Origin: Micrococcales bacterium
GTDB lineage: Bacteria > Actinomycetota > Actinomycetes > S36-B12 > GCA-2699445
Direction of reading: 5' to 3'
NCBI GenBank assembly: GCA_002699445.1
Contig: PAAU01000066.1
Span: 46,584 to 110,583, forward strand
Length of the DNA: 64,000 nt
The translations under genes were made by a program, and so were the position numbers. This document shows positions 1-9,248 of the stretch, in pieces; the first letter of the stretch is position 1, and the number at the start of each line of letters is the position of its first letter. A model generated the notes under the pieces. That model was given only the letters and a program-made list of their open reading frames with translations. It was not told the DNA's origin and ran no database searches.

Positions 1-390
1 CCGCGATAACTGATCTTGTGCCAGAGCCTTGGTGGGCGCACAGTAGAGAGCCGTGGCGCCAGTTGAACGGATCTGTGTGAGTACCGGCATCCAGTATGCG
101 AGTGATTTTCCACTTGCCGTGCCAGTTGCCAAGACCACGCTCTGCCCGTTCTGCGCGATTTCGGCTGCCTCGCGTTGATGTAGCCAGGGACGGATAACGC
201 CTTGCGAGTGCAGGGCCTTGATCAGATCTTCATCTACCCAGTCAGGCCAATCAGCTGTGATCCCCGGCTGCTCTGGAATCGAGACTTTGCCGGCGGCCTC
301 GTCACTCTGGGCCAAGTCCAGCAGTTCCCCCGCAGAGCAGCGCCCGGCCGCGCCGGGATCCGGCGGACGAAAGGAAGACTTCGCTGAGAT
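1..390 (-). CDS. DEAD/DEAH-box (Lhr/Ski2-like) ATP-dependent helicase, N-terminal part; gene continues past the window start
   Basis: The minus-strand frame reads ...ITADWPDWVDEDLIKALHSQGVIRPWLHQREAAEIAQNGQSVVLATGTASGKSLAYWMPVL...LYCAPTKALAQDQ, which contains the Walker A and motif Ia. It is absent from the ORF track because its stop lies outside the window. The start is unresolved: there is no in-frame ATG or GTG nearby. Candidates are TTG at 315 or ATC at 390 just after AGGGAG. Confidence 0.6.
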   Translation of the reverse strand, partial: MSAKSSFRPPDPGAAGRCSAGELLDLAQSDEAAGKVSIPEQPGITADWPDWVDEDLIKALHSQGVIRPWLHQREAAEIAQNGQSVVLATGTASGKSLAYWMPVLTQIRSTGATALYCAPTKALAQDQLSR

Positions 391-687
391 GGCACTCCCT
401 TGAGAATGTATTTCCTGCCTACGTAACCATTGTGCGACATACCCTCGACAAGACGTAGCCGCGACGGTCGCCGATCCTTGGCGAGCTACCGAGCCACCTA
501 ATCTGCCAGTCGCAGGAAGTCCCGAGACGTATCGAGATACTGTAGAGAGGCTCGGGTTGCGAGATGGCCAAATACGCAGCCGTAGTAAGCGGGCGGGCCA
601 TACTGGATCACTCCAGTAGGCAAAGGCTGACTTGAACGATCGAGTCCGATTGCGGTTGAGCCGTTGATCGGGTGCCCGGGAGGCAAC

Positions 688-1020
688 GTGGATCTTGGCA
701 TTAATGTCAATAAGTCCGAATCCGGAACTATTGTCACGACGACTGGCGAGTTGGATGTTCATTCCGCAGGGAGCCTGGAACGGGTCCTGCAGGACCTGAT
801 CAGTCAAGGTGACAGCACGATTGTTCTCGATCTGACTGGTCTTGAGTTTCTAGATTCCACCGGTCTTGGGGTGATGGTTAAAGCACTGAAATGGGCTCAG
901 GACGCCGGAGGCAGCTTGCGCGTAGTCGCAGACGACGAAAAAATCATCAAAGTCTTTACTATTACTGGCCTAGATGAGGCCATGTCGTTGACCTCCACGA
1001 ACGAGGGGAACCCTGGATAA
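688..1020 (+). CDS. STAS-domain anti-sigma-factor antagonist (SpoIIAA/RsbV-like)
   Basis: Translation contains LDLTGLEFLDSTGLGVMVKALKWAQDAGGSLRVV...ITGL, typical of STAS domains. GTG 688 follows GGGAGG, whereas the track ORF begins at TTG 664. Confidence 0.8.
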   Translation: MDLGINVNKSESGTIVTTTGELDVHSAGSLERVLQDLISQGDSTIVLDLTGLEFLDSTGLGVMVKALKWAQDAGGSLRVVADDEKIIKVFTITGLDEAMSLTSTNEGNPG

Positions 1021-1412
1021 TGGCTACCGCCACGCTACAAGTGCCAGCCGCAGCGGAGCAGGCGCGTACCGTGCGGTTGGTTGCCAGTACCGCCGCTCAC
1101 CGAGCCGGGATTGACGACGAGTTGTTGGACGACGTCAGGTTAGCGGTTTCGGAGGCTGTCTCGTTATCAGTGCGGCGGGCCAACTCGGCGCAATCCACCG
1201 GAATGATTTCGATTGCGATGTTTGATGAGGATGACTCCTTCGTAGTCGAAGTTTCGGACGATCTGACGCTCGCTGCTCGGTCGGCAGGTGAAGATTTGGA
1301 ACTGTCATTACCACTGATTCGAGCGTTGGCGCCGGACAGTGACATCACTGAGAATCCGGCCGGAGGCCAGACAGTTTCGCTGAGTTGGCCAATAACTGAC
1401 TCAACTATCTGA
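1020..1412 (+). CDS. Small RsbW/SpoIIAB-like anti-sigma regulatory factor with a degenerate ATP-binding site (probable pseudokinase)
   Basis: 130 aa. The start overlaps the STAS gene stop (TAATG). VSEAVSLSVRRA occupies the position of the N-box E..TNA..H, with Asn replaced by Leu and His by Arg. No DxGxG box is visible. Confidence 0.55.
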   Translation: MATATLQVPAAAEQARTVRLVASTAAHRAGIDDELLDDVRLAVSEAVSLSVRRANSAQSTGMISIAMFDEDDSFVVEVSDDLTLAARSAGEDLELSLPLIRALAPDSDITENPAGGQTVSLSWPITDSTI

Positions 1413-1598
1413 ACTTCTCGATCGGGCGCTGCTGCACCCTTGGTGATTCTAGGGTTTCGCGTGACGTAGACTTTTGCACCGCGGATCTGTTCCGCCCATT
1501 GGGGTGGGCGTGAATCAAGGTCACGTTGGGGGATCCGCAGCACCAACATTTGTCGTCGCTTCGTACTGAGTGGCGCAGTCGAAAAGGAGTTGAATTCC

Positions 1599-3962
1599 GT
1601 GCAGATCCTTGCCGCCTCCGGGGCGGATGTCGCTCTCACCGGAAACAGCGCGGTAATTATCGGAGTGGTGGCGCTGATCGGCGTACTAGCTCTCGGTGTC
1701 GCGGCGTTTTTGGTCCGAGAGGTACTCGCAGCCGATGAAGGCACACCGAATATGAAAACAATCGGTGAAGCAGTCCAAGAGGGTGCGTCGGCGTTCTTGA
1801 GCCGACAGTTCAAGACACTTGCGATATTCGCAGTCGTAGTTTTCTTCGTGCTTTTCCTTCTTCCGGCAGATTCAAACACGGAGAAGATTGGTAGAAGCAT
1901 CTTCTTCCTAGTTGGTGCGGGATTCTCGGCCATAACCGGTTATATGGGAATGTGGCTCGCGGTGCGTGGCAACGTCAGAGTTGCCTCTGCGGCCCGGAAT
2001 GAAAACGAGCAAGGTGCGATGCGCATCGCCTTTCGTACCGGCGGTGTCGCAGGTATGTTCACCGTTGGTTTGGGTCTGCTCGGAGCCGCAATCGTTGTTC
2101 TGGTCTACCAGGGTGAAGCGCCCAAGGTTCTGGAGGGATTTGGATTCGGTGCTGCTCTACTAGCCATGTTCATGCGTGTGGGTGGCGGTATTTTCACCAA
2201 GGCAGCTGATGTCGGTGCGGATCTCGTCGGAAAGGTGGAGCAGGGAATCCCCGAGGATGACCCTCGCAACGCAGCCACCATTGCCGATAACGTTGGCGAC
2301 AATGTGGGCGACTGCGCTGGCATGGCGGCGGACCTCTTCGAGTCCTATGCGGTAACGCTCGTTGCGGCTTTGATCCTTGGCAAGGCTGCATTCGGTGAAT
2401 TAGGGCTTGTATACCCGCTCGTTGTACCTGCTATCGGCGTTATTACTGCCGTCATCGGTATCTTTGCGGTCTCGCCGCGTCCGAGCGACCGATCTGGCAT
2501 GACTGCGATTAACCGCGGTTTCTTTATCTCTGCAGCAGTATCAGCGGTACTGGTTGTCGCAGCTACCTTCTGGCTGTTGCCCGAGCGCCTGACTGAGATC
2601 AAGGGTCTGGTTACGGACAACATTGGTTTGGTCTCTATCGACACCTTCAACCCACGCATTCTGGCCATTTCCGCGGTACTCATCGGTATTGTCCTGGCGG
2701 CCGCTATTCAGCAGTTGACCGCTTACTTCACCGAAACTGAGCGTCGCCCAGTTGATGATGTGTCGAAGACCTCGCTCACTGGTCCGGCAACTGTCATCCT
2801 GTCGGGTATCTCACTCGGTTTGGAGTCTGCGGTATACACAGCGTTGCTGATCTCGGCGGCGGTGTACGGTGCATTCCTCCTCGGTGGCGGTTCAGTCATC
2901 CTTTCGCTCTTTGCCATCGCGTTAGCGGGCACCGGTCTCTTGACCACCGTTGGTGTCATCGTTTCGATGGATACCTTTGGGCCCGTTTCCGACAATGCCC
3001 AAGGCATTGCAGAAATGTCCGGCGATGTTGAGGGAGAGGGAGCACGGATCCTGACCAATCTGGATGCCGTAGGTAACTCGACCAAGGCGATCACGAAGGG
3101 CATCGCGATTGCAACGGCGGTCTTGGCGGCAACAGCTCTATATGGAGCCTTCCGAGATGCGGTTGCCGGGGCTACTCAAGAACTCTTCGCATCGGCAGCA
3201 GATCTGACCAGCCAGCTAGGTGAGCAGGACGGCTTGCAGTATCTAGGCGTGCTGAATGTTGCCAATCCGTCCAACCTGGTGGGGCTGATCATTGGCGCCT
3301 CAGTGGTATTCCTGTTCTCCGGTCTAGCTATCAACGCAGTTTCTCGAGCCGCTGGTGCGGTTATCTTCGAGGTTCGGCGCCAGTTCAGGAGCGACCCCGG
3401 CATCATGGCGGGCACCTCCAAACCGGAATACGCCAAGGTCGTGGATATCGTTACTCGCGACTCGCTGCGAGAGTTGATCACTCCCGGTCTGCTCGCAGTG
3501 CTCACTCCCATCGCAGTTGGTTTCGGACTTGGCGTGGGCGCCTTGGGCGCTTACCTGGCCGGAACGATCGCAACCGGCACCCTCATGGCGGTCTTCTTGT
3601 CCAACTCGGGTGGAGCCTGGGACAACGCCAAGAAATACGTTGAGGATGGCAACTTTGGCGGGAAGGGCTCAGAAGCTCACGAGGCCACGATCATCGGTGA
3701 CACGGTTGGTGATCCTTTCAAGGACACTGCCGGTCCAGCGATCAACCCGCTGATTAAGGTGATGAACCTCGTAGCGCTGCTGGTGGCTCCTGCTGTAGTG
3801 AGTTTGACGCTTGAGGGCAATGATGTCCTGCGTTGGACCATTGCGTTGGTTGCCTTGGCGATCGTTGTTGTTGCAGTAGTCATAAGCAAGTCTCGTCCGA
3901 TCGCAGTCAGCGATGCTGACAACGATGGCAGCCAAGAGACTGCAGATATCAACGAGAACTGA
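1599..3962 (+). CDS. hppA: Membrane-bound proton-translocating pyrophosphatase, K+-independent type
   Basis: Signatures GDNVGDCAGMAADLFESY, DTVGDPFKDTAGPAINPLIKVMN and GNSTKA (the Lys form marks the K+-independent type), with about 16 TM segments. GTG 1599 lies 9 nt after AAAGGAG, whereas the track start at TTG 1590 abuts the SD. Confidence 0.95.
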   Translation: MQILAASGADVALTGNSAVIIGVVALIGVLALGVAAFLVREVLAADEGTPNMKTIGEAVQEGASAFLSRQFKTLAIFAVVVFFVLFLLPADSNTEKIGRSIFFLVGAGFSAITGYMGMWLAVRGNVRVASAARNENEQGAMRIAFRTGGVAGMFTVGLGLLGAAIVVLVYQGEAPKVLEGFGFGAALLAMFMRVGGGIFTKAADVGADLVGKVEQGIPEDDPRNAATIADNVGDNVGDCAGMAADLFESYAVTLVAALILGKAAFGELGLVYPLVVPAIGVITAVIGIFAVSPRPSDRSGMTAINRGFFISAAVSAVLVVAATFWLLPERLTEIKGLVTDNIGLVSIDTFNPRILAISAVLIGIVLAAAIQQLTAYFTETERRPVDDVSKTSLTGPATVILSGISLGLESAVYTALLISAAVYGAFLLGGGSVILSLFAIALAGTGLLTTVGVIVSMDTFGPVSDNAQGIAEMSGDVEGEGARILTNLDAVGNSTKAITKGIAIATAVLAATALYGAFRDAVAGATQELFASAADLTSQLGEQDGLQYLGVLNVANPSNLVGLIIGASVVFLFSGLAINAVSRAAGAVIFEVRRQFRSDPGIMAGTSKPEYAKVVDIVTRDSLRELITPGLLAVLTPIAVGFGLGVGALGAYLAGTIATGTLMAVFLSNSGGAWDNAKKYVEDGNFGGKGSEAHEATIIGDTVGDPFKDTAGPAINPLIKVMNLVALLVAPAVVSLTLEGNDVLRWTIALVALAIVVVAVVISKSRPIAVSDADNDGSQETADINEN

Positions 3963-3976
3963 CCGTTCTTTGTGTG

Positions 3977-4015
3977 AGTCAGCCCTCGGAAACGTCAGAG
4001 TTCCGGGGGCTGACT
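3977..4015 (+). terminator. Hairpin downstream of hppA (candidate intrinsic terminator)
   Basis: AGTCAGCCC (3977-3985) pairs with GGGCTGACT (4007-4015). An inner CGGA/TCCG pairing extends the stem. The following T-tract (TTAT) is weak. Confidence 0.4.
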
Positions 4016-4141
4016 TATGCCTTGACCCTAAAGTCATGGCACGATGCTGCGGAGAAGTATTAGGGCTTGTTCACTTGACAGCAGGGGTGGTGGCAACCGC
4101 ACACTGCGGTCCACAGCGTAATCGGATGGGAAGGAGTGGCG

Positions 4142-6871
4142 GTGACAGAACAGGAACCCCAGCTAAGGCGGCTGGTGATTGTGGAGTCCCCAGCAAAGGC
4201 TCGGACCATCCAGAATTACCTCGGCGGTGGGTACACCGTTAAGTCCTCGGTTGGTCACATTCGGGATCTACCTCAGCGGGCTGCCGATGTGCCGGCCAAA
4301 TACCGAGGTAGTGAATGGGCGAAGACCGGGGTCGATATCGCTAACGAGTTTGCGCCGATGTACGTCGTGAGTGCCGATAAGAAGGAGCGGGTCCGCGAGC
4401 TCAAGCAGGCAATGGCAGATGTCGATGAGTTGCTACTCGCCACGGATGAGGACCGTGAGGGAGAGGCCATCGCCTGGCACCTGATCCAGGTACTCAAGCC
4501 GAAGATTCCATACCGGCGCATGGTCTTCAACGAGATTACCGAAGAGGCGATTCAGCAGGCTGCCGCCGACACCCGCGAGCTCAATGTCAATCTCGTAGAC
4601 GCCCAAGAAACGCGCAGGATTGTGGACCGGTTGTACGGCTATGAAGTGTCGCCGGTCCTTTGGCGCCGAGTCGCTCCAGGCCTGTCTGCGGGGCGCGTGC
4701 AGTCGGTGGCATTGCGGTTAGTGGTCGAGCGGGAGCGAGAGCGCATCGCCTTTGTGGCGGCCGAATACGCGGATGTTAAAGGCAAATTTCTTCCAGGTGA
4801 GTTTCCCGCACGATTGATTGCAGTTGATGGTGGACGCATCGCATCTGGTCGTGATTTCGATGATCGCGGTCAACTGAAGAATGAGTCGGTTGTAGTTCTA
4901 GATAGCCAGGCCAGCGAAGATCTCGCGCGCGGTTTGGCGGAACAAACCTTCCGAGTGACCTCGGTGGATCAGCGTCCAGGGACTCGACGTCCAGGCGCGC
5001 CCTTTATGACCTCAACATTGCAGCAGGAAGGTGGGCGCCGACTTCGTTGGACAGCGAAGCGGGTAATGGATGTTGCGCAGCGGCTCTATGAGGGCGGCTA
5101 CATCACCTACATGCGTACTGACTCCACGTCGCTATCGTCGCAAGCATTGACGGCCGCTCGCGATCAAGCACAGCAACTGTACGGCGCAGACCACATTCCA
5201 GATCGTCCGCGGACCTATGACAGAAAGGTCAAGAACGCTCAAGAGGCGCATGAAGCCATTCGACCGTCAGGGGACGTGTTTCGAACCCCGGGTGAGGTCT
5301 CCGGTTCGCTAAGTCGAGATGAGTTTGCGTTATACGAGTTGATCTGGAAGCGGACGGTCGCTTCGCAGATGGTGGATGCCAAGGTCGCGACCACGAGCAT
5401 TAGGCTTACCGCCCAATCGAGCGATGGCAGGCAGGCTGAGTTCTCGGCGTCAGGAACCGTGATTGTTACTCCGGGTTTCCTAGCCGCTTATGCCGACCCA
5501 GAGAACGAGGATGACCGTAAGTCGGTCAAGTTGCCGGCGCTGCAAGAAGGCGATCAGGTCAATCCAGTGGATCTTGTTGCCGAAAGTCACGCAACTGCAC
5601 CGCCTGCTCGCTATACCGAGGCCTCGCTCATTAAGACACTGGAAGAAATGGGCATTGGTCGGCCGTCTACCTTCGCTGCGATTATCAGTACGATCATCGA
5701 TCGCGACTACGTATACAAGCGCGGTACTGCTCTTGTCCCGTCATGGTTGGGGATGACGGTGGTGCGATTGCTTGAAAATCATTTCGCTCCGCTTGTCGAC
5801 TTCAACTTCACGGCGCGTATGGAAGAAACGTTAGATGCAGTAGCGAATGGTGACGATTCGCGCCTAGAGGCACTGGATCGTTTCTATCGAGGCGATTCAG
5901 GTATCGGCTTCGACGGGCTGCGGCCACTTATCGACAAAGGTGGAGATATCGATGCCCGGGCAATGAGCACATTCGAAATTTCTGGCTCTGATGCAGTGTT
6001 GCGGGTTGGCAAATACGGCCCTTATTTGCAGCGCGGTGAGGATGATCGCGCGAACTTGCCAGAAGGCTTGGCTCCGGATGAATTAACCGTTTCCAAAGTC
6101 GACGAAATCTATGCTCAGCCACGTGGCGATCGTGAGTTGGGGTTGGACCCAGAAACTGGCCGGATGGTTGTGGCGAAGTCTGGTCGTTTTGGCCCCTACG
6201 TGACGGAGATCTTGCCAGAGGACGCAGGTAAGAAAGATAAAGCGCGAACTTCTTCACTGTTCAAGGACATGGCCCTGGACACAGTAACGCTGGAGGAGGC
6301 GCTGCAGCTGTTGAGCCTTCCCCGAGTAGTGGGATATCACCCGTCCGAAGAGGGCAAGGAGGCTGGAGATAAGGAGCCGATCCTGGCGCGAAATGGACGG
6401 TATGGCCCCTACATCACCTGGGGCAACGAGAGCCGGTCGTTAGCTGATGAGTCTCAACTCTTTACCCTCACCCTGGACGAGGCCCTTCGGCTGTTGGCCG
6501 AGCCTCCCCGACGCCGCGGGCAACGCGCTAGTTCACCAGGTCGTGAGCTGGGTGCCGACCCCGTGACAGGCAACACAATGATCGTGAAAGATGGTCGGTT
6601 TGGCCCTTACGTGACGGATGGCGAGTACAACGCCACCATCCCTAAGGATGAGAATCCGGAAGAGATCACGACGGAGAGAGCTTCGGATCTTTTGCAGGTA
6701 CGCAGGGCAAAAGGTCCGGCGAAGAAACGCCGCGCGAAAAAGGGCTCAGCCAAGAAAGGCTCTACGAAAAAGGGCTCAGCCAAGAAAGGCTCTGCGAAAA
6801 AAGCCGGGGCGAAGAAAAGTGCTTCTCAGAAGAAGTCCACCAAAAAAGCACCGGCCGCGAAGACCTCATAG
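4142..6871 (+). CDS. topA: DNA topoisomerase I with a lysine-rich C-terminal tail
   Basis: The N-terminus has the Toprim motif LVIVESPAKA. The active-site region reads YITYMRTDS. GRFGPY-type repeats recur in the C-terminal domain, and the tail is (AKKGS)n. GTG 4142 lies 7 nt after GGAAGGAG; the track start is GTG 4136. Confidence 0.95.
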   Translation: MTEQEPQLRRLVIVESPAKARTIQNYLGGGYTVKSSVGHIRDLPQRAADVPAKYRGSEWAKTGVDIANEFAPMYVVSADKKERVRELKQAMADVDELLLATDEDREGEAIAWHLIQVLKPKIPYRRMVFNEITEEAIQQAAADTRELNVNLVDAQETRRIVDRLYGYEVSPVLWRRVAPGLSAGRVQSVALRLVVERERERIAFVAAEYADVKGKFLPGEFPARLIAVDGGRIASGRDFDDRGQLKNESVVVLDSQASEDLARGLAEQTFRVTSVDQRPGTRRPGAPFMTSTLQQEGGRRLRWTAKRVMDVAQRLYEGGYITYMRTDSTSLSSQALTAARDQAQQLYGADHIPDRPRTYDRKVKNAQEAHEAIRPSGDVFRTPGEVSGSLSRDEFALYELIWKRTVASQMVDAKVATTSIRLTAQSSDGRQAEFSASGTVIVTPGFLAAYADPENEDDRKSVKLPALQEGDQVNPVDLVAESHATAPPARYTEASLIKTLEEMGIGRPSTFAAIISTIIDRDYVYKRGTALVPSWLGMTVVRLLENHFAPLVDFNFTARMEETLDAVANGDDSRLEALDRFYRGDSGIGFDGLRPLIDKGGDIDARAMSTFEISGSDAVLRVGKYGPYLQRGEDDRANLPEGLAPDELTVSKVDEIYAQPRGDRELGLDPETGRMVVAKSGRFGPYVTEILPEDAGKKDKARTSSLFKDMALDTVTLEEALQLLSLPRVVGYHPSEEGKEAGDKEPILARNGRYGPYITWGNESRSLADESQLFTLTLDEALRLLAEPPRRRGQRASSPGRELGADPVTGNTMIVKDGRFGPYVTDGEYNATIPKDENPEEITTERASDLLQVRRAKGPAKKRRAKKGSAKKGSTKKGSAKKGSAKKAGAKKSASQKKSTKKAPAAKTS
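6734..6805. repeat. Tandem 30-bp coding repeat (about 2.4 copies) inside the topA tail
   Basis: The unit gcgaaaaagggctcagccaagaaaggctct occurs at 6734-6763. It repeats at 6764-6793 with one change and is followed by a partial copy. It encodes AKKGSAKKGS. Confidence 0.85.
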
Positions 6872-6933
6872 CGTCGGGTAAGTAGTCTATTGCTTAGCTT
6901 GAAGTGAAGAACCTCTCGTAACCAAGGAGAATA

Positions 6934-7866
6934 ATGAAGATCGCAGACGATATCACCGCCCTCATCGGAGGAACGCCGCTTGTGCGACTGAGGGGTCTCT
7001 CGGAAAGTACCGGGGTTCAGGTGTTGGGCAAACTGGAGTTCTTCAACCCGGCCCACAGCGTCAAAGATCGCATCGCCGTATCAATGATCGATGCGGCCGA
7101 AGATGCCGGCCTAATACAGCCTGGCGCAACCGTTGTGGAGCCAACCTCTGGAAATACGGGCATCGCCCTGGCAATGGTTTGTGCAGCGCGTGGGTACCGA
7201 CTCGTGATCACAATGCCGGAGACGATGAGCAAGGAGCGACGGGCTTTACTACGTGCCTACGGTGCTGAGCTCATCCTCACCCCCGGACCGGAGGGCATGG
7301 GCGGTGCTATCGGTCAGGCTGAAGACCTGGTGAAGGAAAATCAGGAATGGTTCATGCCCCAGCAGTTCGCCAACGAAGCAAATCCTGCGATCCATCGCAG
7401 CACTACCGCCGAAGAGATCTGGCGAGATACCGACGGTGAAGTGGATGTATTGATCTCTGGGATCGGAACCGGAGGAACCGTCACCGGAGTAGGTAGCCTG
7501 CTTCGAGAGCGTAAGCCCGGGGTTCAAATCGTCGCAGTAGAACCAGAGGCCTCGCCGGTGCTATCCGGTGGCGCCAAGGGTCCGCACCCGTTGCAAGGTA
7601 TCGGTGCCGGCTTCGTTCCCGACATCTTGGACACCGAAGTTTACGATGAGGTCATTCAGGCTCCGGCCGAAGAAGCCATGACGACTGCTCGTCAAATGGC
7701 TCGTACCGAGGGGCTGCTCATTGGTATATCTTCCGGTGCGGCGGTATGGGCGGCCGAGCAGGTAGCCACTCGACCGGATATGACTGGAAAGACCATGGTT
7801 GTCATCATCCCGTCCTTCGGCGAGCGCTATTTGTCGACGGCCCTTTTCGCTGATCTACTGGACTAA
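6934..7866 (+). CDS. cysK: Cysteine synthase A (O-acetylserine sulfhydrylase)
   Basis: Contains NPAHSVKDR (the PLP lysine motif), [10 protein letters not shown] and GIGTGGT. Length is 310 aa. Confidence 0.9.
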   Translation: MKIADDITALIGGTPLVRLRGLSESTGVQVLGKLEFFNPAHSVKDRIAVSMIDAAEDAGLIQPGATVVEPTSGNTGIALAMVCAARGYRLVITMPETMSKERRALLRAYGAELILTPGPEGMGGAIGQAEDLVKENQEWFMPQQFANEANPAIHRSTTAEEIWRDTDGEVDVLISGIGTGGTVTGVGSLLRERKPGVQIVAVEPEASPVLSGGAKGPHPLQGIGAGFVPDILDTEVYDEVIQAPAEEAMTTARQMARTEGLLIGISSGAAVWAAEQVATRPDMTGKTMVVIIPSFGERYLSTALFADLLD

Positions 7867-8570
7867 TGGCCAAGTTTGGCGAGAATATTCGCACGGTCCA
7901 GGAGCGGGATCCTGCTGCCCGAACCAAGGTGGAAGTTTTCCTGGTTTACCCAGGGCTCCACGCCATCTGGGGACATCGCCTGAGTCATTGGTTGTGGAAC
8001 CATCGTCTGAAAACTATTGCGCGGATGTGGTCGCAGTTTGCTCGGTTTTGGACTGGGATTGAGATCCATCCGGGTGCCGAGATCGGCCGGCGGGTCTTTA
8101 TCGACCACGGTATGGGTGTGGTGATTGGTGAGACGGCCAAGGTCGGTGATTGCTGCACTATTTATCAGGGAGCAACGCTTGGCGGTACTTCCTTGGAGCG
8201 GGGAAAGCGGCACCCAACACTGTGTGACAACGTCGTGGTCGGTGCTGGCGCCAAGATTCTTGGTCCAGTGACCGTGAGCTCTAATGCCCGGATAGGGGCA
8301 AATGCAGTCGTGCTTCAGGACGTCCCCGCCGGAACAGTCGTGGTGGGGGTCCCGGGACAAATAGTCACGCGGACCAGCCCAAGCACTCCACCGGTTGGAG
8401 AGCGCGAGAACGATGTCCCCGATGCCCTGGGAGGGTCCATCGTGTCGCTGTTGCGACGGGTTGAGTCGTTGGAACGCAGTACCCAGGGACATGTTGTGGC
8501 AGGTCCGCAGGCGCCGGAGCATGGTATTTGGCGTGGTGAAGACTTTGCTGATCAAGACTTTGTGATCTGA
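7866..8570 (+). CDS. cysE: Serine O-acetyltransferase
   Basis: Contains [29 protein letters not shown] followed by hexapeptide repeats. The start overlaps the cysK stop (TAATG). Confidence 0.85.
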   Translation: MAKFGENIRTVQERDPAARTKVEVFLVYPGLHAIWGHRLSHWLWNHRLKTIARMWSQFARFWTGIEIHPGAEIGRRVFIDHGMGVVIGETAKVGDCCTIYQGATLGGTSLERGKRHPTLCDNVVVGAGAKILGPVTVSSNARIGANAVVLQDVPAGTVVVGVPGQIVTRTSPSTPPVGERENDVPDALGGSIVSLLRRVESLERSTQGHVVAGPQAPEHGIWRGEDFADQDFVI

Positions 8571-8621
8571 TCAGTCCCCCCAAGCGCTCTGGAAAGCAGC
8601 CGTTCGGCCTAGGCTTCGTCT

Positions 8622-9248
8622 ATGACGGCAAAGAAGCGTGGGGTCTTCATAGTCCTTGAGGGCGGTGAAGGTAGTGGTAAATCCACTCAGACTGCGATGC
8701 TGGCAGATGCGGTAGCCAACTTGGGTCGGACACCATTGACGACGCGAGAGCCTGGGGGATCCCCGCGAGCTGAAGAGATTCGAAAGGTGATCCTCGGAGA
8801 TGAGTCGGCTGGCTTAGACGCCCACACCGAGGCATTACTTTTCGCCGCCGCGCGAGCGGATCATGCGCACCAGACCATCCTCCCGGCTCTGGGGCGTGGC
8901 GACGTTGTCATTAGTGATCGTTACATCGACTCTTCAGTCGCTTACCAAGGAGTTGGCCGGGGGTTAGGAGTCGCGCAGATCCAAGCCATGAGCGACTGGG
9001 CGACGCAGGGCCTAGTGCCAGATCTCACTGTTGTATTAGATATTCAACCCGAGGTCGGACTCGCCCGGGCCAGTGACGCGAATCGGCTAGAAGCCGAGCC
9101 GTTGGACTTCCACCGACAAGTTCGGCAGGCTTTCCTCGATATTGCGGAGACGGATCCGCAGCGTTATCACGTCGTCCCTGCCGATCGTTCGCCACATGAG
9201 GTCCATAGTGATTTGTGGACCTGTGCTGCTGCGGTAGTAGCCTCATGA
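8622..9248 (+). CDS. tmk: Thymidylate kinase
   Basis: P-loop FIVLEGGEGSGKSTQ, plus DRYIDSSVAYQG. Length is 208 aa. Confidence 0.9.
   Translation: MTAKKRGVFIVLEGGEGSGKSTQTAMLADAVANLGRTPLTTREPGGSPRAEEIRKVILGDESAGLDAHTEALLFAAARADHAHQTILPALGRGDVVISDRYIDSSVAYQGVGRGLGVAQIQAMSDWATQGLVPDLTVVLDIQPEVGLARASDANRLEAEPLDFHRQVRQAFLDIAETDPQRYHVVPADRSPHEVHSDLWTCAAAVVAS

Noticed and set aside
391-687. A 300-nt divergent region between the helicase and the STAS gene, checked for a structured sRNA (for example actinobacterial 6C RNA with C-rich loops).
   Set aside because: I saw no paired hairpins with CCCC loops and no other recognisable motif. The long open minus-strand frame here has no plausible start.
1097-1933. 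278-aa minus-strand ORF spanning the anti-sigma gene, the intergenic region and the start of hppA.
   Set aside because: It is antisense to two well-supported genes. Its composition is low-complexity and Ala/Ser/Arg-rich, as expected for an out-of-phase frame in high-GC DNA. No motifs are present.
2105-3952. A series of minus-strand ORFs (2105-2323, 2345-2683, 2723-3103, 3176-3511, 3677-3952) inside hppA.
   Set aside because: All are antisense to an unambiguous H+-PPase gene. They are typical GC-rich shadow ORFs.
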